Shown in pieces: positions 53,563 to 64,000 of a DNA stretch of 64,000 bases (its first letter is position 1; the number at the start of each line of letters is the position of its first letter). The DNA comes from Sandaracinaceae bacterium (GTDB lineage Bacteria; Myxococcota_A; Polyangia; Polyangiales; Houyiibacteriaceae). Under the pieces are notes generated by a model. That model had not been told where the DNA came from, made no database searches, and worked only from the letters and a program-made list of their open reading frames with translations. The stretch is taken from positions 49,667-113,666 of the forward strand of contig JADJJE010000051.1 of the NCBI GenBank assembly GCA_016706685.1, read 5' to 3'. Position numbers and translations under genes: made by a program.

Positions 53563-56500
53563 ATGGTGTGGCACCACCCGTCGGCCTCGGCGCGTCGCAG
53601 TGAGGCGATCCGCTGGGTGCAGCAGCTCCCCCCCGGGTCGGAGGGCATCGTCGTGACCAGCTCGCTGCACGCGGCCAACGCGCTGCTGCGCGACGCGCTG
53701 GGTGACCGTGAGGCGGCCTTCGGCTGGCATCGGCTCACGCTGGGGCAGCTGGCCGCGCAGCTGGGGCTGCCGCAGTTGGCGCTTCTGGGCCGCACGCCGG
53801 CGTCGCCGTTGGCCATGGAGGCGCTGGCGGCGCGCGTGGTGTTCGAGCTGGGGCAGGCGGGGCAGTTGGGGCGCTTCCAGCCGGTGGCCCATCGGCCGGG
53901 GCTGCCACGTGCGCTGGTGCGCACGCTGCGCGAGCTCTCGCTCGCCGAGGTGTCTCTGGACTCGTTGCCCGACACCGACGCGGCGCGTGACCTGCGGCGG
54001 GTGGGCCACGCGCTCGCGAGCGCCTGTGCGGCGTACGGTGTCGCGACACGCGCAGAGCTGCTGGTGGCTGCTGCGAGTGCCGCTACACAGGCCACACACC
54101 CGCTGATCGGGCTCCCGCTGCTGAGTCTGGACGTGCCGCTGCGCTCGCCGCTCGAGGCGCGCTTGCTCGCCGTGCTGCTGCGGGGGCACACCGCGTCCGC
54201 TGTGCTGGTGCCCAGCGGTGACGAGAGTGCGCGGCGCTGGCTGCAGCACGCGGGGTTGCCGGAGGCGCGTGAGCTTGCTGCTGCGAAGGCATCCCCTGCC
54301 AAGCCGCCTACCGCGCTGACTCGGCTGCAGGCACAGCTCTTTGCGCCCGACTCGGCGTCCGTGGATGAGGCGGTGTCCGCTCCCCGCGGCGACACCAGCG
54401 TGCAGCTCATGAGCGCCCCCGGTGAGAGCCGCGAGTGCGTGGAGCTCGCGCGGCGCGTGCTGGCCCATGCCCAGGAAGGCGTGCCCTTCGAGCGCATGGC
54501 GGTGCTCTTGCGCAGCCCCGAGGCGTACCATGCGCACCTGCGCGAGGCGCTCGGGCGGGCCAGCATCCCGGCGCACTTCACGCACGGCGCCAAGCGCCCC
54601 GAGCCGGGCGGGCGCGCGCTGCTGGCGCTGCTCGACTGCGTCATCGAGGGGCTGTCGGCGCGAGCGCTGGGCGAGTACCTCTCGCTGGGCGTGCTGCCGC
54701 GCAGCGAGGACGGCGCGCCACCGCCGGCCGTGTCGAGCGCCGACGCGTTCGTGCCACCCGACGAGGAATACCTGCCTGGTGCCGTGTCCCGCGCGCTCGA
54801 TGAAGGCGCGGATGTGGCTGCTGGGGGGATGGACGACCCCGACGAACTCGACGAGCTCGCCGCGAGCGACACCGCGACGGCCAGCGCCGGCGGGAGCGGC
54901 GGGACGGGTGAGGTGCACCTCGCGACGCGCCGGCTGCGCGCCCCCCGCACCTGGGAGGCGCTGCTCATCGAGAGCCGCGCTGTGGGAGGGCGGGAGCGCT
55001 GGACCGCGCGCTTGGCTGGACTGCGCGCCGAGCTCGAGCTGCGCGCCAGCGAGGTGGCCGCCGAGGCGCCAGACTCCCCGCGCGCCCGCGCGCTCGCCCA
55101 CCGGCTGGCCAGCCTGGACGAGCTGCAGGCGTTTCTCCTCCCGTTGCTGGACGAGCTCACCGCCCTGCCCAGCAGCACCAGCTGGGGTCGCTGGGTGCAG
55201 GCCCTCACGCGCGTGGCCACGCGCGCGCTGCGCGAGCCTGCGCCGGTGCTGCGCGCGCTGGCCGAGCTGGCCCCCATGGGCGAGGTGGGCCCGGTTTCGC
55301 TGACCGAGGTGCGCCTGGTGCTGGCCGAGCGCCTGGGGGAGCTGCGCGACCCGCCCAGCACGCAGCTGGCCGGCAAGCTCTTCGTGGGCTCCCCGGACGA
55401 GGCTCGGGGCCACAGCTTCGCGGTGGTCTTCGTTCCCGGCTTGGCGGAGAAGCTCTTCCCGAAGAAGGTGCTGGAAGACCCCATCCTGCTGGATGCCGCG
55501 CGCACCGCCATCTCGCCGGCGCTCGCCACCCTGACCGAGCGCGTGGCGGAAGAGCGCCTCTTGCTGCGCCTCGCGGTCGGCGCGGCCGAGCGCGCGGTGG
55601 TGCTGAGCTGGCCGCGCGTGGACACCGAGCGCGGGCGCCCGCGTGTGCCTTCGTTCTACGGCCTCGAGGTGGTGCGCGCCGCGGAGGGCACGCTGCCCGA
55701 CTTCCACGCGCTCGAAGCGCGGGCGCTGCACGGCGCCGCGAGCCGGCTGGGCTGGCCGGCCCCCGAGGTGCCCACGGACGCCATCGACGAGGCCGAGTAC
55801 GACCTCGCGACCCTGGCGCAGGCGCTCGGCAACGGCGCGGGGAGCGCTGCGGTCACGGGAGCCGCGCGCTACCTCTTGGACGCCAACCCCCACCTCGGCC
55901 GAGCGCTACGGGCGCGCGCGCGTCGCCACGGGGTGGCCCGCTTCCTGCCGGAAGATGGGCTGGTGCTGCCCAGCCAGCGCGCCGCCGAAGCCCTCGCGAA
56001 GCACCGTCTCTCGGCTCGGCCCTACAGCGCCACCGCGCTCGAGCGCTATGCCCGCTGCCCGTATCAGTTCTACCTGCACTCCATTGCCCGCCTCGCCCCG
56101 CGCGAGGTGCCCGAGCGCGTGGAGGGCCTCGACCCGCTCACGCGTGGCAGCTTCATCCACGAGGCGCAGTTCCGAATCCTGCGGGCGCTGCGCGACCAAG
56201 GTGCGCTTCCGCTCTCGGGCGACGCGAGCCTCACGCTGGCCCGGGCCGAGGTGAACCGGGCCTTCGCCGACGTGGAGCGCGAGTACCGCGAGCGGCTGGC
56301 GCCGGCCATCGAGGACGTCTTCCGCAGCCACGTCGAAGCCATCCATGCCGACTTGCTCGAGTGGGTGGCGCGCCTCGCCGAGCCCGAGGCCCCGGGGGCC
56401 GCGTTCGTGCCCACGCACTTCGAGCTGGCGTTCGGGCTGCCCACGCGCGAGGGACACGACGAGGCCTCGCGGCGGGAACCCCTGCCGCTCGCGGCCGGTG

Positions 56501-57006
56501 TCACCCTGCGCGGCTCCATCGACCTGGTGGAGCGCCGTGGCCGAGGCCTGCGGGCCACCGACTACAAGACGGGCCGCAACGTGACGCCTCCGCGCCTGCG
56601 CCTGGGCGGAGGCCAGACCCTGCAGCCGGCGCTCTACGCCATGGCGCTCGAGGCGCTGTTCCCGGACGCCGAGGTGAGCGGCGGGCGGCTCTACTTCTGC
56701 ACTACCCGCGGTGACTGGAGCGCGCGCGAGGTGCCGCTCGACGACATCACGCGGGGCGGCGTGGCGGACGTGCTGTCCGCCATCGACGGCGCGTTGACCG
56801 ATGGCTTCCTCCCGCCCGTGCCGCTCGAGGATCGCACGCGCAGCGAGTGCACGCGCTGTGACTACGTGGGGGTCTGCGGGCACGGAGAGGGACGCCGCGT
56901 GTCCAGCAAGGTCTCGCGCGCCACGACCAAGTCGCGCGGCACCGGCGACGAGGCCGACCACGGAAAGCGCTTGATCCAACTCGACTTGCTGCGGAGGCGC
57001 GAGTGA
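53563..57006 (+). CDS. addB: AddB-type helicase-nuclease subunit (PD-(D/E)XK nuclease with Cys cluster)
   Basis: 1147 aa. The C-terminal Cas4/AddB-like nuclease has YARCPYQFYL, GSIDLVE...ATDYKTG and ECTRCDYVGVCG (Fe-S-type Cys motif). The N-terminal region is a degenerate helicase-like fold. The stop overlaps the addA start (GTGA). Confidence 0.8.
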   Translation: MVWHHPSASARRSEAIRWVQQLPPGSEGIVVTSSLHAANALLRDALGDREAAFGWHRLTLGQLAAQLGLPQLALLGRTPASPLAMEALAARVVFELGQAGQLGRFQPVAHRPGLPRALVRTLRELSLAEVSLDSLPDTDAARDLRRVGHALASACAAYGVATRAELLVAAASAATQATHPLIGLPLLSLDVPLRSPLEARLLAVLLRGHTASAVLVPSGDESARRWLQHAGLPEARELAAAKASPAKPPTALTRLQAQLFAPDSASVDEAVSAPRGDTSVQLMSAPGESRECVELARRVLAHAQEGVPFERMAVLLRSPEAYHAHLREALGRASIPAHFTHGAKRPEPGGRALLALLDCVIEGLSARALGEYLSLGVLPRSEDGAPPPAVSSADAFVPPDEEYLPGAVSRALDEGADVAAGGMDDPDELDELAASDTATASAGGSGGTGEVHLATRRLRAPRTWEALLIESRAVGGRERWTARLAGLRAELELRASEVAAEAPDSPRARALAHRLASLDELQAFLLPLLDELTALPSSTSWGRWVQALTRVATRALREPAPVLRALAELAPMGEVGPVSLTEVRLVLAERLGELRDPPSTQLAGKLFVGSPDEARGHSFAVVFVPGLAEKLFPKKVLEDPILLDAARTAISPALATLTERVAEERLLLRLAVGAAERAVVLSWPRVDTERGRPRVPSFYGLEVVRAAEGTLPDFHALEARALHGAASRLGWPAPEVPTDAIDEAEYDLATLAQALGNGAGSAAVTGAARYLLDANPHLGRALRARARRHGVARFLPEDGLVLPSQRAAEALAKHRLSARPYSATALERYARCPYQFYLHSIARLAPREVPERVEGLDPLTRGSFIHEAQFRILRALRDQGALPLSGDASLTLARAEVNRAFADVEREYRERLAPAIEDVFRSHVEAIHADLLEWVARLAEPEAPGAAFVPTHFELAFGLPTREGHDEASRREPLPLAAGVTLRGSIDLVERRGRGLRATDYKTGRNVTPPRLRLGGGQTLQPALYAMALEALFPDAEVSGGRLYFCTTRGDWSAREVPLDDITRGGVADVLSAIDGALTDGFLPPVPLEDRTRSECTRCDYVGVCGHGEGRRVSSKVSRATTKSRGTGDEADHGKRLIQLDLLRRRE

Positions 57007-60000
57007 CCGCACCCCTCGGTGACTCTGCGGCGCGCGATGCCATCCGCTCCGACCTCGACACCACCCTGGTGGTGGAGGCCGCGGCCGGCACCGGCAAGAC
57101 CACCGAGCTGGTGCACCGCATCGTCGCGCTGGTGGCGCGCGGCGAGCGCCTGGGCCGCATGGCGGCCGTGACGTTCACGGACAAAGCCGCAGGCGAGATG
57201 AAGCTGCGGCTGCGGCGCGCGCTCGAGGAAGCACGGCAACACGCGCTCGCGGCTCGCATGGCGGGTGAGGCTGGAGCCCAACCGCGCGCGCTGCACCTGG
57301 AACAAGCGCTGGCCGAGCTCGAGGTGGCGCGCATCGGGACCATCCACGCGTTCTGCGCGGATCTCCTGCGCGAGCGCCCCATCGAGGCCAACGTGGACCC
57401 GTCGTTCGAGATGGCCAGCGAAGACCAAGTGGCCGCGCTGCTCGAGCGCGCCTTCGACGACTGGTTCACGCGTATCCTCGTTGCTCCGCCGGCCGCGCTC
57501 ACGCGGCTCCTGCGGCGCGGCGGCTTCGACAGCGACCAGGGTGCGAGTGGCCTGCTGCGCTCGGCAGCGATGGCGCTCGTGGACGACCGCGACTTCGACG
57601 CGCCCTGGCCGCCGCCGCCCAGCTTCGACCGCGAGCGCGCCATCGACGAGCTGGTGGACGCGCTGCTCACGCTCGACGCGCTGGCCAGCGCAGGCAGCCC
57701 GAGCAGCAAGCTGGTCGGGTCGTTGCACCTTCTCGCCACCCCTGCCGTCGAGGCTGCGGCACGCGAGCGTCGCGTGGGCCTCGGTCGCGACTACGACGGC
57801 CTCGAGGCGCAGCTCTGCGCGCTGCCCACCAAGTGGGACGCGTGGCGGTACGACGGCTACCCACGCGAATTCCCCGCGGGGATGCGAGACGAAGTGCTGC
57901 AGCGCCGCGCCCGCTTCAAGGAGGACCTCACGCGCTTCGCCGAGCACGTGGAGGCCGAGCTGGCCTCGGCGCTGCGCGAGCTGCTGCGCGACGTGGTGCA
58001 CGACTACGAGGCGCTCAAGGCGCGCGCCGGCTGGCTGGACTTCACGGACCTGCTCGTGCGCACGCGCGAGCTGCTGGTGCGCGACGCGACCGTGCGCACG
58101 GCCTGGCAGCGCAGCTTCAGCCACCTCTTCGTGGACGAGTTCCAGGACACCGACCCGCTCCAGGCGGACATCCTGCTGCTGCTGGCCAGCGACCCCGACG
58201 CCTCGCTGCCCGGGCTCGCCCAGCAACGCGAGGCCTGGCGCCTTTCGCGCGTGGTCCCCGGCAAGCTCTTCGTGGTGGGCGACCCGAAGCAGAGCATCTA
58301 CCGCTTCCGGCGCGCCGACGTGCGCATCTACGAAGGCGTGAAGCGGCACCTCGCGGCGGGCGGTGCCGCGGTGCTCTACCTGAGCACCAGCTTTCGCTCG
58401 CTGCCGGGCATCCAGGCGCTGGTGAACGCAGCCTTCGCGCCCACCATGCTGCCCACCGAAGACGGCACGCAGGCGCGCTACGTCCCGCTCGAGCCCTTCC
58501 GCGCGGCGGGCAGCACACAGCCAGCCGTGATCGCGCTGCCGGCCCCGCGCGCGCGCCTGTGGCGCGAGGGTCCCGTGAAGGGCTCCGTGGAAGAGTCGCT
58601 GCCCGACGCGGTGGGCGCCTTCATCGCCTGGCTGGTGAGCGCCTCCGGTTGGACCGTGGAAGAAGCGGGCAAGCGCGTCCCCGTGGCCCCACGCCACGTG
58701 TGCCTGCTCTTCAAGAGCCTGCACTCCACCTTCAAAGAAGACCCGGTGCGCGGCTACGTGGACGCGCTCGAGCGCCGGCAGGTGCCGCATGTGCTCATGG
58801 GCGGGCGCACCTTCCACGACCGTGAGGAGGTGGGTGCGCTGCGCCAGGCGCTGGCCGCGCTCGAGTGGCCCGACGACGAGCTGGCGGTCTACGCCACGCT
58901 GCACGGGCCGTTCTTCGCGCTCAACGACGACGCGCTGCTGGCCTACAAGGACACGCTCGGGCACCTCTCGCCGGTGCGCCGGGTGGAGCCCGAGGCGCTG
59001 CTGGGAGACGAGCAGCTCGAGGCCGTGCAGGCGGCGCTCGACGTGCTGCGGCGCCTGCACGCACGCCGCAATCGGCGGGCCATCGCCGAGACGCTGGGTG
59101 ACCTGCTCGCGGAGACGCGCGCGCACGCCTCGCTCGCGTTCTGGCCCTCGGGCGAGCAGGCCCTCGCCAACATCTTGCGCGTGGTGGACCACGGCCGGCG
59201 CTTCGACGCGCGCGGCACCACCTCGTTTCGCGCCTTCGTGACGTGGCTCGAGGGCGCGGCGGACACCGAACGCGGCGGCGGCAACGCGCCCATCGTGGAA
59301 GAGGGCGCCGAGGGCGTGCGCGTCATGACGGTGCACAAGGCCAAGGGCCTCGAGTTCCCCGTGGTCGTCCTGTGCTCGCCCACCGAGAACGCTGCGTGGA
59401 GCCGGCCCTCGCGATTCGTGGATCCAGAGCAGGGCCTCGCGGTGCGTTCGCTGGCGGGCTGCCTCCCCATCACCTTGCGCGAGCGCGCCGAAGAAGTGCT
59501 GGCGGCCGACCGCGCCGAGGCGCTGCGCCTGCTCTACGTGGCCAGCACGCGCGCGCAGGACCTCTTGGTGGTGCCCACCACGGGCTTTGGCGAAGGCGCG
59601 AGCTGGTGGCTGACGCCGCTGTCTGCCGCGCTCCACCCGCCCGCCACGCTGAAGCGCGCGAGCACGGCTGCGCCCCTCTGCCCGCCCTTCGGCGAGAGCA
59701 GCGTGCTCGACGCCGAGCGCCCCGACGAGACCGTTCGTCCTGGCCTGCACGAGGAGCTTGCTGGAGGTGTGAGCGTGGTCTGGTGGGACCCTGAGCGCCT
59801 CTCGCCCGTGGATGACCCCGGTGGCAGCCGCAACGCCGCGCTGCTGGTGGAAGACGCAGCCGGCCAGGCCGTGGCTGGCGCCGCGGTGTATCGCGCCTGG
59901 CGTGACGCGCGCGCTGCGCTGCGCGAGACCGCGGCGGAGCGACAGCACCGCGCGCAGCCCGTCACGGCGGCCTCGAAGGACCCGGAGACGCCGCGCTGGG

Positions 60001-60485
60001 TGCGCGGTGGCCAGCACGTGGAGTTCGAGCGCACCAGCGCTTCGGGCAGTGAGCGGCCGCGCGGTCCGCGCTTCGGCACGCTGGTTCACGCGCTGCTGGC
60101 CGAGCTGCCGCTCGACACCGACACACGCGCCTGTGAAGACCTGGCCCACGCGCACGGCCGCCTGCTGGGCGCTACGGAAGACGAGGTGCAGGCCGCTCAG
60201 GTGGCCGCGCTGGCCGCCTTCGCCCACCCGCTCATGCAGCGCGCCCGCGCCGCCGATGCCCTGCGCCGCGAGACGCCCATGCTGTTGCGCACGCCGGACG
60301 GCGGCCTGATCGAGGGCATCGTGGACCTCGCCTTCCGCGAGGGCGAGCGCTGGACCGTGGTCGACTTCAAGACCGACCTCGGCGACGCTCCGCTGCCGCA
60401 CTACCTCGTGCAGGTGCGCCTCTACGCCGACGCCATCACGCGCGCCACGGGCCAGCCCGCCCAGGCGCTTCTCTTCGGCGTGTGA
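57003..60485 (+). CDS. addA: AddA-type UvrD/Rep-family helicase-nuclease subunit
   Basis: 1160 aa. Walker A AAAGTGKTT, FTDKAAGEMK, VDEFQDTDPLQ (motif II), GDPKQSIYRFRRAD, TVHKAKGLEFPVV, VASTRA, and a C-terminal nuclease GIVDLAF...WTVVDFKTD. Confidence 0.9.
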   Translation: MTAPLGDSAARDAIRSDLDTTLVVEAAAGTGKTTELVHRIVALVARGERLGRMAAVTFTDKAAGEMKLRLRRALEEARQHALAARMAGEAGAQPRALHLEQALAELEVARIGTIHAFCADLLRERPIEANVDPSFEMASEDQVAALLERAFDDWFTRILVAPPAALTRLLRRGGFDSDQGASGLLRSAAMALVDDRDFDAPWPPPPSFDRERAIDELVDALLTLDALASAGSPSSKLVGSLHLLATPAVEAAARERRVGLGRDYDGLEAQLCALPTKWDAWRYDGYPREFPAGMRDEVLQRRARFKEDLTRFAEHVEAELASALRELLRDVVHDYEALKARAGWLDFTDLLVRTRELLVRDATVRTAWQRSFSHLFVDEFQDTDPLQADILLLLASDPDASLPGLAQQREAWRLSRVVPGKLFVVGDPKQSIYRFRRADVRIYEGVKRHLAAGGAAVLYLSTSFRSLPGIQALVNAAFAPTMLPTEDGTQARYVPLEPFRAAGSTQPAVIALPAPRARLWREGPVKGSVEESLPDAVGAFIAWLVSASGWTVEEAGKRVPVAPRHVCLLFKSLHSTFKEDPVRGYVDALERRQVPHVLMGGRTFHDREEVGALRQALAALEWPDDELAVYATLHGPFFALNDDALLAYKDTLGHLSPVRRVEPEALLGDEQLEAVQAALDVLRRLHARRNRRAIAETLGDLLAETRAHASLAFWPSGEQALANILRVVDHGRRFDARGTTSFRAFVTWLEGAADTERGGGNAPIVEEGAEGVRVMTVHKAKGLEFPVVVLCSPTENAAWSRPSRFVDPEQGLAVRSLAGCLPITLRERAEEVLAADRAEALRLLYVASTRAQDLLVVPTTGFGEGASWWLTPLSAALHPPATLKRASTAAPLCPPFGESSVLDAERPDETVRPGLHEELAGGVSVVWWDPERLSPVDDPGGSRNAALLVEDAAGQAVAGAAVYRAWRDARAALRETAAERQHRAQPVTAASKDPETPRWVRGGQHVEFERTSASGSERPRGPRFGTLVHALLAELPLDTDTRACEDLAHAHGRLLGATEDEVQAAQVAALAAFAHPLMQRARAADALRRETPMLLRTPDGGLIEGIVDLAFREGERWTVVDFKTDLGDAPLPHYLVQVRLYADAITRATGQPAQALLFGV

Positions 60486-60518
60486 CACCGGCATCCTCTC
60501 GGCCCAGGAACCCATCCC

Positions 60519-61532
60519 ATGACCACCTTCAAGCTCGACGCTCCGCTGCTGGCCCCGAACCTCGCCTCCGTGCCACAGCGCGCGCGTGACATCGCCGAGC
60601 GCGGCTTCGACGGAACCTTCACCTTCGAGGGGCCGCACGAGCCCTTCATGCCGCTGTTGCTGGCGGCCGAACACACCTCGCTCGAGATCGCCACGGGCGT
60701 GGCCATCGCCTTCGCGCGCACCCCCATGACCGCGGCCAACCTGGCGTGGGACCTCCAGCACTTCAGCCAGGGGCGCTTCACGCTGGGCCTCGGCTCGCAG
60801 ATCCGCCCGCACGTGGAGGCGCGCTACAGCATGCCCTGGGGCAAGCCCGTGTCGCGCATGCGGGAGTTCGTGCAGGCCTACCACGCCATCTTCGACTGCT
60901 GGATGAACGGCACCAAGCTCGCGTTCCGCGGCGAGTACTACACGCACACGCTCATGCCCCCCATGTTCCACCCGGGCAAGCTCGGGGCCGTGCGCCCCAA
61001 GATCACGCTCGGCGGCGTGGGCAACAACATGGTGGAGTGCGCGGGCGAGGTGGCGGACGGACACCTGGTGCACCCCTTCCACACGCTCACCACGCTGCGC
61101 GACACCACGCTCCCGGCCCTCGAGCGCGGCCTCGCGCGCAGCGGGCGCACGCGCAGCCAGCTCGAGCTGTCGGCGCAGGTGCTGGTGGTCAGTGGCCGCG
61201 ACGACAAGGAGCTGAAGGGCGTGCGCGAGGCCGCCCGCGCACAGATCGCCTTCTATGGCTCCACGCCAGCCTACCGCCACGTGCTCGAGGCCGAGGGCTA
61301 CCCCGAGCTCCATGGCGAGCTCCACGCGCTCTCGAAGCAAGGCAAGTGGATGGACATGGCGGCGCGCATCGACGACGGCCTGCTGGCCAAGGTGGCCTGC
61401 GTGGGCACCCCCGACGAGGTCGCCCGGGAGCTGACGGCCCGCTACGAGGGCGTCGCCCAGCGCGTGGCCATCGCTACGCCGGTGGCCCTGAGCGCCGAGT
61501 GCGAGACGGCCCTGGTGCGAGCGCTGCGGTAG
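60519..61532 (+). CDS. LLM-class (luciferase-like) oxidoreductase, resembling the F420-dependent TIGR03617 group
   Basis: 337 aa. FEGPHEPFMPLLLAAEHTSLEIATGVAIAFARTPMTAANLAWDLQHFSQGRFTLGLGSQIRPHVEARYSMPWGKPVSRMREFV...LAFRGEYYTHTLMPPMF matches my recollection of that family's pattern. Confidence 0.8.
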   Translation: MTTFKLDAPLLAPNLASVPQRARDIAERGFDGTFTFEGPHEPFMPLLLAAEHTSLEIATGVAIAFARTPMTAANLAWDLQHFSQGRFTLGLGSQIRPHVEARYSMPWGKPVSRMREFVQAYHAIFDCWMNGTKLAFRGEYYTHTLMPPMFHPGKLGAVRPKITLGGVGNNMVECAGEVADGHLVHPFHTLTTLRDTTLPALERGLARSGRTRSQLELSAQVLVVSGRDDKELKGVREAARAQIAFYGSTPAYRHVLEAEGYPELHGELHALSKQGKWMDMAARIDDGLLAKVACVGTPDEVARELTARYEGVAQRVAIATPVALSAECETALVRALR

Positions 61533-61540
61533 GCTGCGGC

Positions 61541-62122
61541 ATGTCCGAGCCCGAGCACGTCGAGTCCCTGCTGACGACCCCGGCCTTTCGCCTCGAGCGC
61601 ATCGTCTCGCGCGGGCACGCGTCTCCGCCGGGCTTCTGGTACGACCAGGACGAGCACGAGTGGGTGTGCCTCGTGTCGGGGGCGGCCACGCTCGAGATCG
61701 AGGGCAGCGACACCGTGGCGCTACGTGCGGGGAGCACGCACCTGCTCCCTGCGCGGACGCGCCACCGCGTGGCCTGGACGAGCCCCACCGAGACCACCGT
61801 CTGGCTCGCGCTCTTCTTCCGCGACGCTCCGCTCCCCATGCTGGCCGCGGAGCACATCGCCCGCATCGTGGGCCACATGAACGACGACCACGGCGACTCG
61901 CTGCTGGACTACGCACGCCACCTGGCAGGCGTCCCTGGCGCCACGTCCGCGCGCATGACGCAGGTGGACGCCGCAGGGTTCGGGCTCGCCGCCGAGACTC
62001 CGGAAGGACCCCGTCAGCTGCGGCTGCCGTTCGACGCCCCGATCCGCGACACGGGCGAGGCGCGCAGCGCCCTCGTGGCCATGGCCAAGCGCGCCCGGCA
62101 GGCCGATCACCCCCAGGAGTGA
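61541..62122 (+). CDS. cupin domain fused to a DUF2470-like domain
   Basis: ATG at 61541; 193 aa. The N-terminal cupin reads FRLERIVS.GH.SP.GFWYDQ.EHEWV.L..G.A.LE..........G....LPA..RHRV.WTS. The C-terminal part reads IVGHMNDDHGDSLLDYARHLAG...A.M...D..GF.L (DUF2470 pattern). Confidence 0.65.
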   Translation: MSEPEHVESLLTTPAFRLERIVSRGHASPPGFWYDQDEHEWVCLVSGAATLEIEGSDTVALRAGSTHLLPARTRHRVAWTSPTETTVWLALFFRDAPLPMLAAEHIARIVGHMNDDHGDSLLDYARHLAGVPGATSARMTQVDAAGFGLAAETPEGPRQLRLPFDAPIRDTGEARSALVAMAKRARQADHPQE

Positions 62123-62174
62123 TCTCCGCACGCGACCTGTGTTAGCCTCATCGCTCACAGTCACGACGGGGGTC

Positions 62175-64000
<1,826 letters not shown>

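Noticed and set aside
56862-61916. Very long minus-strand ORF (1684 aa). Similar giants occur at 35604-39683 (-), 15853-20082 (+), 12836-15949 (+), 39837-42173 (-), 42225-44468 (-), 8788-10608 (-) and 62148-63764 (-).
   Set aside because: Each is the antisense mirror of a gene with clear family motifs on the other strand. Their translations are Arg/Ala/Gly/His/Val-rich low-complexity sequence with no motifs. Open antisense frames are expected at this GC content.

Overview
This is a very GC-rich chromosomal segment, roughly 70% by eye. It looks myxobacterial: many lipoproteins, a MopE-type Cys/Asp-rich repeat protein, an Rpn nuclease, and long Arg/Ala-rich antisense ORFs that are frame artefacts. 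I support about 50 protein-coding genes. I saw no rRNA, tRNA or CRISPR array.

Housekeeping or core genes:
- A partial sensor histidine kinase (missed by the ORF track because it runs off nt 1), argS and an alaA-type aminotransferase.
- A translationally coupled TamB / Omp85 pair.
- A MacAB-like efflux trio.
- An amidohydrolase-TetR operon with an AT-rich palindromic operator.
- AddB/AddA and an LLM-class oxidoreductase.

Accessory or odd content:
- An IS91-family transposase relic abutting a dppBC permease pair that has no binding protein or ATPases nearby.
- An orphan Imm8-like immunity gene next to a Ycf46-like AAA+ ATPase.
- A ParE/antitoxin pair and an Rpn nuclease divergent from addBA.
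- Several tandem lipoprotein paralog pairs.

Two observations most deserve follow-up:
1. A ~156-nt repeat occurs twice in inverted orientation (20204-20359 and 33146-33300), with 146 of 156 aligned columns identical. Each copy sits just upstream of, and points the same way as, an envelope operon. Each copy carries a conserved 14-bp long-range helix.
2. The second copy heads a ~13-kb, six-ORF, tightly coupled operon (33354-46547). It encodes a frameshifted alkyl-DHAP-synthase-like FAD oxidase, a second FAD-binding protein, two giant (1442 and 1541 aa) HExxHxxGxxH lipoproteins, a polytopic membrane protein and a Pro-rich anchor. A convergent beta-barrel protein with a ~100-aa charged insert follows it.

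All functional calls come from motif and family recognition by eye. No database search was run.
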